This document shows, piece by piece, positions 16,081-25,792 of a stretch of 64,000 bases of DNA. The notes under the pieces were generated by a model. The model searched no databases, was not told where the DNA came from, and saw only the letters and a list, made by a program, of their open reading frames with translations. Position 1 is the stretch's first letter. Each line of letters opens with the position of its first letter. Origin of the DNA: an uncultured Dehalococcoidales bacterium (lineage in GTDB: Bacteria; Chloroflexota; Dehalococcoidia; GIF9; UBA5629); NCBI GenBank assembly GCA_964554375.1, contig CAZKOL010000005.1:2859-66858 (forward strand), in the 5' to 3' direction. A program made the translations under genes and the position numbers.

Positions 16081-18543
16081 ATGGCAAATCCGCATAAACC
16101 ATCCCCCGGAAAAAGCGCTCGCAGCGGGAAGAACGTTGCCGGCCCGGCTGACCAAACCGCACTGGGGCAGGCCCTGCTCCAGAGCACCGGCGCCGGCATC
16201 TACATAGTCCAGAAGGGCAAGTTCGTCTACCTAAGCCCCTTTTTTGAGACTCTTACAGGCTATTCCTCAAAGGAACTCCTGGGGCAGAACTCAATCAACC
16301 TTATACATCCCGACGACCGCGAGGCGGTGCGCAAGACGGCTGTTAATAATCTCAAGCGGCGCCGGGTTGCGAGTCCCTATGAATACCGTTTTCTCAAAAA
16401 GAACGGCAATGTCATGTGGGTGATAGAGAGAATATCGTCGATCGATTATAAGGGGCAGCGCGCCGTCCTGGGCAGCTTCATGGACATCCACCAGCGCAAA
16501 GAGCTCGAGGAAGCCGTGGCCGCGTCAGAACAACGGTACAGCGCTATGCTATCCCAGATGCATGACGCCTGTTTCGAGGTGGACCTGGCCAGCAATTTCA
16601 TTTTCGTCAATAATTCCATGTGCTGCAGCCTTCGCTATAAGCTCAATGAACTGGACGGCAAGAATGCCAACATCATCATCCCCGAGGAGGATCAGGAGGC
16701 CGTCTACCAGGCCTTTAACCAGGTTTTTAAATCGGGCAAGATAAACACCGGTTTCGCTCACAGGGTAAGGCGAAAGGATGGCATCATTCTGCAGATTGAA
16801 TCCACAATCTCGCCGGTCCGGGACAGGGGAGGCAAGATGGCAGGCTTTATCTGCGTCAGCCGCGATGTCACTGAGAGCAAACGCCTGGAGGCGGCTCTTC
16901 ACAAGTCGGAGGAGAGGTACCGCACCATCCTCGAGCAGATGTACGACTCATACTACGAGGTGGACCTGGCCGGCAATTTTACATTCGTAAACGACTCTGT
17001 CTGCAGGAATCTTCTCTGTACCAGGGAGGAGTTGCTGGGCAAAAATTTCGGCTCCAGCGTCCCGCCGGATGAAGTCAAGAATATGTTCCGGGCCTTCAAC
17101 GAGGTATTCAGGACCGGTCAGACGAGCAAGGCCTTCTCGCACAGGATACTGCGCAGAGACGGGCAAATGCTATACGCGGAGACGTCTATCGAGCTGCGCA
17201 GGGACGAGAATGGCCAGCCCATTGGCTTCCGCAGCATCTCCCGCGACGTCACCGAGCGCAGGCAGCTGGAACAGACGCTGCAGGGGGAGAAGCACTTCAC
17301 AGACTCCGTCCTGGACAGTATGCCGGGTATCTTCTATGCCCTCGACGAAAAAGGGGATTTCATACGATGGAACAAAAACTTTGAGCAGGTGACAGGATAT
17401 TCGGAGGCTGAGCTGCGCAACATGAATGCGCTGGCCACCATAGCCGAAGAAGACAGGGAGCGTGTGGCCGGTGCGATCAGCGATGTATTTACGCAGGGCC
17501 ATTCTTCGATTGAAGCTGATGTGCTGGCCAAAGACGGCACTAAAACGAGATACGTACTAACCGGCGCCCGTGTCGATATCGGAGAGAGGACTTATCTTGT
17601 CGGCATGGGCGTAGACATGTCCGAGCGTACGCAAGCCGAGTTGGCTTTAAAGCAGAGCGAGGAGCGCTACCGGGCCCTTTTCGACAGCTCGCTCGAGCTA
17701 GTCTATGTCCACGATTTCGAAGGCAAGATGTTAGATGTCAACCCCACTGCCCTGGAACTCCTTGGCTATTGCAGGGAAGATATCCCTTCACTCAATTTTG
17801 CCTCGATGCTGCACCCGGAAGACTTACCCAGAGCCATGGGGTCATTAAGGGGCGTCGCCAGGCCGGATTTAGGCAGGGAGCAAGGCGAATTCAAAGTGCG
17901 CCACAAGGACGGCAGCTACGTGTATTTGGAGATAAAGGCCTCCATCATCCGCCGTGACGGTAAGCCATATGCCATCCAGGGAATTGCCCGCGATATCAGC
18001 GAGCGTAAGATGTTCGAGCAGCGACTGTCTGAGATGGCCACACACGATTCCCTCACAGGGCTGCCCAACCGCGTGCTGCTCAATGACCGTTTTACCCTGG
18101 CGCTGGCGCAGGCTAACCGCAATAAAAACAGGCTGGCCATCATTGCGATTGACCTCGACCGCTTCAAGTCGGTCAACGATACGCTTGGCCACCAGGCCGG
18201 GGACGATCTGCTTAAATGCATAGCGAAGAGGTTAAGAGGCCTTATCCGGTCGAGCGACACGGTAGCCCGCATGGGCGGCGACGAGTTCCTGCTGCTGATG
18301 CCCGAGCTGCACGTGATAGAGGACGCCAACAAGATTATCGATAAAATCGCCGCTGCCTTTAAAGAACCTTTCTTAATCGATGGCAGCCGGCTGAATATGT
18401 CAGTCAGCATGGGGCTGGCCATTTATCCAGACGACGGGGAAGACATGGATGCGCTGATGCGTAAGTCCGATGCTGCCATGTATAATATCAAGCGCCACGG
18501 CCCCAGCGAGGGGCGGCCCCGGTATAGCCAGAAAGAAACATGA
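16081..18543 (+). CDS. Multi-PAS diguanylate cyclase (GGDEF) with I-site
   Basis: About five PAS/PAC units, then 'HDSLTGLPNR', 'RSSDTVARMGGDEFLLL' (RxxD I-site plus GGDEF) and a 'SVSMGLAIYP' tail. Confidence 0.9.
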   Translation: MANPHKPSPGKSARSGKNVAGPADQTALGQALLQSTGAGIYIVQKGKFVYLSPFFETLTGYSSKELLGQNSINLIHPDDREAVRKTAVNNLKRRRVASPYEYRFLKKNGNVMWVIERISSIDYKGQRAVLGSFMDIHQRKELEEAVAASEQRYSAMLSQMHDACFEVDLASNFIFVNNSMCCSLRYKLNELDGKNANIIIPEEDQEAVYQAFNQVFKSGKINTGFAHRVRRKDGIILQIESTISPVRDRGGKMAGFICVSRDVTESKRLEAALHKSEERYRTILEQMYDSYYEVDLAGNFTFVNDSVCRNLLCTREELLGKNFGSSVPPDEVKNMFRAFNEVFRTGQTSKAFSHRILRRDGQMLYAETSIELRRDENGQPIGFRSISRDVTERRQLEQTLQGEKHFTDSVLDSMPGIFYALDEKGDFIRWNKNFEQVTGYSEAELRNMNALATIAEEDRERVAGAISDVFTQGHSSIEADVLAKDGTKTRYVLTGARVDIGERTYLVGMGVDMSERTQAELALKQSEERYRALFDSSLELVYVHDFEGKMLDVNPTALELLGYCREDIPSLNFASMLHPEDLPRAMGSLRGVARPDLGREQGEFKVRHKDGSYVYLEIKASIIRRDGKPYAIQGIARDISERKMFEQRLSEMATHDSLTGLPNRVLLNDRFTLALAQANRNKNRLAIIAIDLDRFKSVNDTLGHQAGDDLLKCIAKRLRGLIRSSDTVARMGGDEFLLLMPELHVIEDANKIIDKIAAAFKEPFLIDGSRLNMSVSMGLAIYPDDGEDMDALMRKSDAAMYNIKRHGPSEGRPRYSQKET

Positions 18544-18660
18544 ATCAGGCCGGGCCGCGTAAGAATCCCCAGCCTGGTTACGGGCAACGCAGTTTAAATT
18601 TTATTCATACCGGCTATCGGGTATACTTCATCACAAAATTAACACCTGCGGCCTGCATAT

Positions 18661-18864
18661 ATGGAAATTACGAATTGCTCCAAAGAGGATTTCGACCAGA
18701 TACTGACCGATTTCGGCCAATTCTGGGAGCATGACCGCACGCTTGCATTGCATCATCCTACGTTGATCTACGAGTTCGGCAATTCAGCCTTCGTCATAAG
18801 GCGTGGCGGCAAAGACCGCGTCGTCTTCATTAAAGATATTGGCCGGTCATCGCATGACTGCTAA
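18661..18864 (+). pseudogene. 5' remnant of a GNAT acetyltransferase gene
   Basis: 'MEITNCSKEDFDQILTDFGQFWEHDRTLALHHPTLIYEFGNSAFVI' looks like a GNAT N-terminus. The frame then degenerates and stops after 67 codons, overlapping the MFS start at 18854. The acetyl-CoA-binding core is absent. Confidence 0.45.
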
Positions 18865-20089
18865 TAAGAGCCTGCAGTACGGATGGGTGGTGGTGTCAGC
18901 CGCCTTCATCATCACCTTCATTACCTGCGGAGTAAATTTTAGCTACGGCGTTTTCTTCCTGCCCATCGTCAACGAGTTCGGCTGGTCGCGAGGGCTGGCT
19001 TCGGCTGTCATGCTGGTGGCCGGCATTGCCTACGCCGTCACCCTGCCTTTCACCGGTATACTGGCCGACCGCTACGGCTATAAGTGGGTACTGGCCGTGT
19101 CGGCCGGCTTCCTCAGCCTGGGGCTGATCCTGAGCTCACAGATACAGGAGCTGTGGCAGTTATATGTGTTCACCGGGCTGCTGGTGGGGCTCAGCATCAG
19201 CGCCTCCTTCGCCATACCGGTTGCCCTGGTGGCGCTGTGGTTTAACCGCAGGCAGGGTTTGGCGCTGGGCGTTGCCACTCTCGGCATCAGCCTGGGAACG
19301 GCCACCATACCGCTCCTCATAAGTTACCTCATCACTTCGGCCGGCTGGCGGCCGGTCCTGCTCATGGCAGGCATAGCCGTAGCTGCTCTCTGCATCCCGG
19401 CTGCTTTACTGATGCGCAACCCCCCGCGCCACACCATGGCAGCAAACTCCGCCGCTAATCAGGAATCATCCTTAGCGAATCAGGCTGTGCCTTCCGACCT
19501 GGATACAGGGCTGACAGTCTCCCAATCCCTTCGTACCGGCCAGTTCTGGATGCTTTTTATTACCTTCCTGCTCTTTCTCTCCAGCCTGGGACTTATCATG
19601 CTTCACCTGGTGCCGTACGCGGTAGATTTCGGTATAGAGCCCGTGCGGGCAGCCGTGCTGATCACCTTGATAGGTATTTTCGGCATTATCGGCAGGCTGG
19701 CCTCCGGCGTCCTTTCCGATAAAGTCGGGATTAAGCCGATCATGCTGTTCTGCACTGTGCTGCTGGGGCTTAACATAGCCTTTATAGCCCTGTACAGCCA
19801 ACCCTGGGCCTTCTATGTATTCGCCGCCATTTACGGTATCAGCTACAGCGGGTTCGTCACACAGATGGTGCGCATCACGCGCAAGGTCTTCGGGGGCAGG
19901 GCGCTGGGATCGGTATTCGGTGCGCTCATGGTATCAGACGGCATAGGCTTCGGTGTCGGGCCCTGGGTGGCAGGCAATATTTACGATGTTACAGGCAGTT
20001 ACCAGGCATCTTTTTTAGCTGCCGCGGCGGGACTGGCCTTGGCCTCCGTCCTGGTTGTCATCGTCAAGCCTGCGACAGCAAAGACTTGA
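18854..20089 (+). CDS. MFS transporter (oxalate/formate- or monocarboxylate-type)
   Basis: About 12 predicted TM helices and a 'GILADRYGYK' loop-2/3 motif. The start is set to the ATG at 18854 (MTANKSLQYGWVVV). The ORF track extends to 18803. Confidence 0.8.
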   Translation: MTANKSLQYGWVVVSAAFIITFITCGVNFSYGVFFLPIVNEFGWSRGLASAVMLVAGIAYAVTLPFTGILADRYGYKWVLAVSAGFLSLGLILSSQIQELWQLYVFTGLLVGLSISASFAIPVALVALWFNRRQGLALGVATLGISLGTATIPLLISYLITSAGWRPVLLMAGIAVAALCIPAALLMRNPPRHTMAANSAANQESSLANQAVPSDLDTGLTVSQSLRTGQFWMLFITFLLFLSSLGLIMLHLVPYAVDFGIEPVRAAVLITLIGIFGIIGRLASGVLSDKVGIKPIMLFCTVLLGLNIAFIALYSQPWAFYVFAAIYGISYSGFVTQMVRITRKVFGGRALGSVFGALMVSDGIGFGVGPWVAGNIYDVTGSYQASFLAAAAGLALASVLVVIVKPATAKT

Positions 20090-20129
20090 TGTCAAAGGTC
20101 ATGGCAGTTTCAGCATAATGACAGGACCG

Positions 20130-21692
20130 TCAAGCGCCTGCAGAGGCACGGCCGGTGATATCCCTGATCTCCTGGTAGAGCGGCTTCAGCTTGTTATACA
20201 TCCTGAGATAGACCTCGCGGTAGAGCCTTTCATAAACGGCGTGCGTGTCCCTGTTGGGCTCGAAACAGTCACCCAGGTGTGTCATCTCGCTCACCGCTGA
20301 CTTGAAATCGCGGTGGATATTGATACCCACAGCGGCATCCATAGCAGCCCCCAGTCCCGAAGCCTCGTATACGTGTGGCCTGGCAGTCGGAAGGCCGAAG
20401 ATATCCGCCGTAAGCTGCATGGCGGCGTTGCTCTGGCTGCCACCGCCAGCGATGCGTAGATCGGTGATTTTCACACCGCTGCGCTTCTCGGTCTTCTCCT
20501 TTCCTTCCCTCAGGGCGTAGGCCAAACCCTCCAGGATGGCTCGGTAGATGTGGGCGCGGGTATGCGAGTCGCCGAAGCCGATAATGGCGCCGCGCGCCTC
20601 TGGTCCGGGAAATCGCAGCCCGGGCGACCAGTAAGGCTGCAGTACCAGCCCCTGTGATCCCGGCGGAACCGACTTGACCAGGTCGTCGAAGAGCACCTCC
20701 GGCTCCACGCCTTTTTCATCCGATATGCGCTGCTCTCGCAAGCCGAATTCCTGCTTGAACCAGCTCACCATCCAGTAGCCGCGGAAAATCTGAATCTCGA
20801 AATTGTAAAGCATGGGCGCCGCCGCCGGGTAGGGAGGTATGAGTGGTATGACCTCGATATATTTATCATGAGTGGTATTGATCGTGGCAGTAGTGCCGTA
20901 GCTGAGGCAGGCCACGTTCGACTCCAGCGCACCAGAGCCCAATACTTCGCAAGCCTTATCGGCGGCTGCAGCGATCACAGGCAGTCGGGCCGGTATACCG
21001 GTGGCCTCAGAGGCTTTGGCCGTTATCTCGCCCAGCGCTTTCCCCTGAGGTATAAGATCAGGAAGCATCTTGAGGTCAACTGGAATGGCCTGCCACTTCC
21101 AACCCCGCTTGGCCTCCCAGTTCTGGCTCTTATAATCGAAAGGTATGTAACCCACCTGGCAGCCCACCGAGTCTACAAACCTTCCCGTCAGCAGGTAGGT
21201 CAGGTAACCGGATATAATCAGGTATTTATAAGTCTTCTTCCAGATTTCAGGTTGGTGCTTTCGGATCCAGTTGGCCTCCGCCTCAGCCTGCAGATAGGCC
21301 ACCGTCTCGCTGGCCCCGGCCACGGCAAAGGCCGCACCCCAGAAGCCGCCCAGCGGCGGCTGTCCCTCGGTACGGCGCTGGTCAAGCCAGATGATGGCAG
21401 GCCTGAGCGGCTCACCCTTTTCATCAACATTTATCATGGTGGCGCGCTGCGTGGTAAGCGCCACAGCCGCTATACTGTCTTTCTTGACCTCCGGGTTCTG
21501 CCAGAGGCCCTGGCAGGCCCGGGCGATGGATTCCCAGAAGAGTTGGGGCCTTTGTTCGGCCAATCCGGGCGCATCAGAGTAATATGGTTCGTAAGGCACT
21601 CTTTGCTTGGCGATCAGTTTCCCCCTGGGATCGAACAGCAACACGCGGACGCTCTGCGTCCCCACGTCGATGGACAGCAAGTTCTCAGCCAT
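20130..21692 (-). CDS. FGGY-family carbohydrate/polyol kinase
   Basis: '[17 protein letters not shown]' is the N-terminal actin-fold phosphate-1 motif. '[22 protein letters not shown]' is the FGGY_C motif. Confidence 0.85.
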   Translation of the reverse strand: MAENLLSIDVGTQSVRVLLFDPRGKLIAKQRVPYEPYYSDAPGLAEQRPQLFWESIARACQGLWQNPEVKKDSIAAVALTTQRATMINVDEKGEPLRPAIIWLDQRRTEGQPPLGGFWGAAFAVAGASETVAYLQAEAEANWIRKHQPEIWKKTYKYLIISGYLTYLLTGRFVDSVGCQVGYIPFDYKSQNWEAKRGWKWQAIPVDLKMLPDLIPQGKALGEITAKASEATGIPARLPVIAAAADKACEVLGSGALESNVACLSYGTTATINTTHDKYIEVIPLIPPYPAAAPMLYNFEIQIFRGYWMVSWFKQEFGLREQRISDEKGVEPEVLFDDLVKSVPPGSQGLVLQPYWSPGLRFPGPEARGAIIGFGDSHTRAHIYRAILEGLAYALREGKEKTEKRSGVKITDLRIAGGGSQSNAAMQLTADIFGLPTARPHVYEASGLGAAMDAAVGINIHRDFKSAVSEMTHLGDCFEPNRDTHAVYERLYREVYLRMYNKLKPLYQEIRDITGRASAGA

Positions 21693-21710
21693 AGCAGCCC
21701 TCCTGAAGAT

Positions 21711-23444
21711 TCACTTTCTGAAGCCCCAGCGCTTCGCCATCTGCTCCTCGGACATATCCAGCCCCAGCGTACCCCCGGGGTTCATTATATGGTGGGGGTC
21801 GAAATGGTCGCGTAGCACGCGTATCACATCGACCTGCTCCTTGCCGATCTGTTCCACCATCCAAGGAGATGTCTGCTTCCCTACGCCGTGATGGTGGCTC
21901 ATGGTGGCGCCGGCCTTCTGGATAGCGTCCAGCACACCGTATTGAAGATCGAGGTAATCGTTTATCTCCTTCATTTTGGCCACGAATATGAAATACAGGT
22001 TGCCGCCCTGCGGATAGGCATGCGAAAGATGCGTCATGCATATCGTTTTTGGGCGGGACTTGATGAAAGCCCTGACGTCTGAATGCACCTTAGCCAGGTT
22101 ATCCCAGGTAACGGCACACTCCAGGGTATCGATCAGCACACCATAATCCATCAGGTCCTCGCGTATGAAGGGATCAGTGAACCGGCTCTTCTCCCATGAC
22201 TGGGTGACCTTGGCCACGGTCAGGCTGAAGGCGCCGTGTTTCTTGAATATCTTGTGCAGCTTCCTGGCCACCAGGCGTGCGAAATCCCCTTCTCCCTCGG
22301 ACATACCGATAAACATGCAGCGCTGCATGGGCCGGTAGCCCAGGGCCCGCAACACAGAATCGACGGGTGTGCCGTGCACGTGGTACATCCGCAGGGCTAC
22401 GTCGGTTTCTTCGGGATCGGAAATCCGGAAGACTGAGGGGAAGCCGAATTCGCCCTGCATAACTTCGCGGCAGGCATCAAGGGCGCTCTCCCATGTCTTG
22501 AACAGGTACGAGAACCTGCGCCGGTTCTCAGGCATATAGCGGCACAGCCGCAGCGTGCAGCTAATCAGCACCCCGAAGGTGCCCTCACTGCCGATCATGA
22601 TCTGGTCGAAATCCGGGCCGGTTGCAGACCGCGGGAAGTCCAGTGTCTTGAAGTCGCCGATGGGGGTGATGTACTCCTGCGATATCACCATGTCTTCGAT
22701 TTTGCCGTAATAGGTGGAATTCTGGCCGGCGCCGCGGGTAACCACCCAACCTCCAACACAGGAGTGCTCGAAAGATTGCGGGAAATGCCCTACCGTATAA
22801 CGCCTCTTAGCTTTAAGCGTCGCGGGGGCATCGTTCAATATCTTCTCCAGCTCCGGGCCCATGATGCCGGCCTCCACCGTTACCGTCTGGTTGTTCTCAT
22901 TGATGGAGATGACCTTATTCATATGGACATTCATATCCAGGCAGACGCCACCCCTGACGGCCTCCTTGCCCCGTGTAACGCTGGAATTGCCTCCGACTGC
23001 ATACAAAGGTACGCGGTTTTCATTGCAGAACCTGACCACGGCCTGGACGTCCCTGCGGTCTCGCGGGCAGAGCACTACGTCAGGTAAGTTTTCAATTATA
23101 TGATTGCGCAGGCGCAGCACATCGATAATTCCCGCTCCGTAGGATGCGCGCGTCCGGTTATAAGTATCCGTATAGAAATTATCTGCCCCGACGATACTTT
23201 TCAGGGCCTCCATCTGTGCGGACGGCAGCTTCGGAGGCATATCGATATTCAACTCCTCCATACACAGGCTGGGCCCCTTGAAATCATCGTCCGACATGCC
23301 GAAGGTTTCCTTGAGCAGATGATACATGCCGGGATTGGGGTGCTTGAAACCCCGCGGGTCGCCGTACTTGATAAGGCTGCGGAACGATCTGTCAGGGGCT
23401 TCTTTTTCGCACCATTGCGGGGAAAACTGGTCCTTATGTGACAT
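21711..23444 (-). CDS. FAD-linked oxidase, alkyl-dihydroxyacetone-phosphate synthase (AGPS)-like
   Basis: FAD_binding_4 block 'VLCPRDRRDVQAVVRFCNENRVPLYAVGGNSSVTRG', an N-terminal extension of about 100 aa, and the 'MSHHHGVGK' triple-His block. Confidence 0.7.
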   Translation of the reverse strand: MSHKDQFSPQWCEKEAPDRSFRSLIKYGDPRGFKHPNPGMYHLLKETFGMSDDDFKGPSLCMEELNIDMPPKLPSAQMEALKSIVGADNFYTDTYNRTRASYGAGIIDVLRLRNHIIENLPDVVLCPRDRRDVQAVVRFCNENRVPLYAVGGNSSVTRGKEAVRGGVCLDMNVHMNKVISINENNQTVTVEAGIMGPELEKILNDAPATLKAKRRYTVGHFPQSFEHSCVGGWVVTRGAGQNSTYYGKIEDMVISQEYITPIGDFKTLDFPRSATGPDFDQIMIGSEGTFGVLISCTLRLCRYMPENRRRFSYLFKTWESALDACREVMQGEFGFPSVFRISDPEETDVALRMYHVHGTPVDSVLRALGYRPMQRCMFIGMSEGEGDFARLVARKLHKIFKKHGAFSLTVAKVTQSWEKSRFTDPFIREDLMDYGVLIDTLECAVTWDNLAKVHSDVRAFIKSRPKTICMTHLSHAYPQGGNLYFIFVAKMKEINDYLDLQYGVLDAIQKAGATMSHHHGVGKQTSPWMVEQIGKEQVDVIRVLRDHFDPHHIMNPGGTLGLDMSEEQMAKRWGFRK

Positions 23445-23497
23445 GTGGTCCTCCTGTAATTCAGTACTTCACTGTGCTGTGCTTCCCGGAATGGTTT

Positions 23498-25084
23498 TCA
23501 ACCCGGGCTGGGGCTGTAGTATCTGTGCCAGGTATCAAGATAGGCGGTTGATTCCTGCTGCCACTTTTCGTCGCTCCAACCAAGCTCAGCCTGGACCGCT
23601 CTGCGCACGCGCGCGAGCTGGTCTTCGGCGCCGCCGGGCAGCAGCATGCCTATCCTGACCCTCCTCAGCAGCAGGTCGGCCAAGTGAACCACGCCCTCCG
23701 CGCGTGCTGCCCAGCGCAGCTCCGCCCAAACGTTAGGCAAACTGCCGATGCGCTCAAGCTCCCCGGCGCCCGCCGTCTTTATCAGCTCAGCCGTATCCTT
23801 GCCATACCGCCCCAGCAGGTGAGCCAGGGTGGCTGGGTCTATATTGGGCGCACTCACGGAGGGCAGCCTGGGGAAAATGCGTTTGTTTTTTAACACAGGC
23901 AGCCTGCCCAGCTTCTTAAGCACGGCTGCCAGTGTCTGGCGCGACATAATGCGAAAGGTTGTGTACTTACCTCCCGTGATGGTTATAAGGCCGTTCTCCT
24001 CCCAGAGAGCATGCGCACGCGATTCCTGGCCGGGTGTATCGGCGCCACCTTTGATGATGGGGCGCAGGCCCGAGAATGATGAGATCACGTCGTCTCGGGT
24101 AAGGCCCAGGCCGGGGAAGAGAAAGGCCGAGGCATCCAAGATGTAGCTGATCTCGTCCTGGCTGGCGAACGGCTCACTGTGGCCTGCGTCCAGCGCCGGA
24201 TCATGATCGATATCGGTAGTGCCGATCATGGTAGCACCCTCCCAGGGGATAACGAACATGGCACGATTGTCCTTGGGATGCAACAACGTGAGGGCATCCT
24301 TCATAGGCAGCTTCTCTCGCTGAAAGATGAGGTGGCTGCCGCGAAGCCTGCGCAACCGGGCGGGCTGGCCTATCTGTCCGCGCAATTGGTCGGCCCAGGG
24401 CCCCGAGGCATTGACAACCGCATCCGCATTGACCTCGTAACTCCCACCGTCCGGAGATGAAGTGTCTTTAAGCGCCACCCCGCGCACCTGGCCACTGACG
24501 TCCAGCAGAAGCTTTTCAACCTTCAGGTAGTTGACGGCGGCGCCGCCTGCCCTGACAGCCTCCTTGAGCACGCGCAGGACGATGCGGCTGTCGTCCATGG
24601 CCGCATCGTAGTACAGGTAGCCGCCCAGCAGACCCTCCGATTCCAGGATAGGGTATTCCCTGAGTATCTTCTCCCTGCTGTAGGCGCGATGGTCCCACTT
24701 GGGCGCCAGCAGGTCATAGACGGCGATTAACTTGCCGATCTGACTGGTCTTTACGTGATAGCGCTCGAAATTGGGAAATATGAAGCCCAGCTTGGTCACC
24801 AAATTGCGGGCCTCCCTGAGCAACCATTCCCTTTCCCGCACCGACTCCTGTGTGACCTTGTACTGCTTGTTGAGGATGTAGCGCAGCCCTCCGTGTATCA
24901 GCTTTGATGAGCGGCTGGAGGTGCCCGACGAGAAATCACCGCCTTCCACCAACAGCGCTTTGAGCCCCACCGAGGTGGACTGGTAGAGGACACCGGCTCC
25001 AGTAATGCCGCCTCCTATAATGACCAGGTCCCAGGGCTGGTCGATCTGTGACAAGGCTTGTTCACGCCATCCTTTACGCCACAT
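23498..25084 (-). CDS. glpD: FAD-dependent glycerol-3-phosphate dehydrogenase/oxidase family protein
   Basis: 'WDLVIIGGGITGAGV' dinucleotide fold and the 'SSGTSSRSSKLIHGGLRY' signature. Length is 528 aa. Confidence 0.85.
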   Translation of the reverse strand: MWRKGWREQALSQIDQPWDLVIIGGGITGAGVLYQSTSVGLKALLVEGGDFSSGTSSRSSKLIHGGLRYILNKQYKVTQESVREREWLLREARNLVTKLGFIFPNFERYHVKTSQIGKLIAVYDLLAPKWDHRAYSREKILREYPILESEGLLGGYLYYDAAMDDSRIVLRVLKEAVRAGGAAVNYLKVEKLLLDVSGQVRGVALKDTSSPDGGSYEVNADAVVNASGPWADQLRGQIGQPARLRRLRGSHLIFQREKLPMKDALTLLHPKDNRAMFVIPWEGATMIGTTDIDHDPALDAGHSEPFASQDEISYILDASAFLFPGLGLTRDDVISSFSGLRPIIKGGADTPGQESRAHALWEENGLITITGGKYTTFRIMSRQTLAAVLKKLGRLPVLKNKRIFPRLPSVSAPNIDPATLAHLLGRYGKDTAELIKTAGAGELERIGSLPNVWAELRWAARAEGVVHLADLLLRRVRIGMLLPGGAEDQLARVRRAVQAELGWSDEKWQQESTAYLDTWHRYYSPSPG

Positions 25085-25179
25085 AGTATCTCCTATCGAA
25101 TCCGGAGTAGATTTTCTGGCCGCAGAGCGCCGGGTTCAAAGCATATTTTAACGGTTTTCGTAAAAACTTTCAGTCTGGC

Positions 25180-25719
25180 TTATTTATACGGGAAAAATGC
25201 CGGCCAGATGAAGGCATCCATGATGCCTGTCTGAATAAAAAACACTGCCGCGCCGGATACTGCCAGCCAGTAGCTCCAGGCCGGCTCCCTCTGGTTTATC
25301 ATCAATAAAGCACACAGCAGGGCCAGTGAAGCCAGGCCAACGAAGCAAAGCACTATGCGTATATAAACCCACCAGCCTTGCCACTGTGTGTCGATCAATC
25401 TATATGTCAGCGGCATCCAGAAAGCCGAGAAAACCAGTATGGTCATGAATATTATGTCGAGCACAAGGAAACCGTCGAACCCCCAGATATGGACAGCGCC
25501 GGCATCGAGCTGAAAAAGGATGAAGTAGAGGAACAACAGATAACCCACTGCAGCCAGCGGCATGCTCACCAGGTAAACCGACTTGAGCGCCGGTGTAATG
25601 CGTCCCCAGATCAACTCCTCCGTATTGGGATGGCTGGCCAGGCCTGCCACATAACTGGCTATAACGGCCAAGCCTCCCAGCGCATTTATCACGAGGAACC
25701 AGATCTTCTGCTCGTCCAT
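25180..25719 (-). CDS. Hypothetical polytopic membrane protein (179 aa)
   Basis: 5-6 hydrophobic helices and no recognisable motif. Confidence 0.55.
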   Translation of the reverse strand: MDEQKIWFLVINALGGLAVIASYVAGLASHPNTEELIWGRITPALKSVYLVSMPLAAVGYLLFLYFILFQLDAGAVHIWGFDGFLVLDIIFMTILVFSAFWMPLTYRLIDTQWQGWWVYIRIVLCFVGLASLALLCALLMINQREPAWSYWLAVSGAAVFFIQTGIMDAFIWPAFFPYK

Positions 25720-25792
25720 GCTGATACCTCCCGATAAAAACTAAGCCGGCGCGGGCTATCTGCCACAGTCAATAATAGTCAGCTACAATCTG

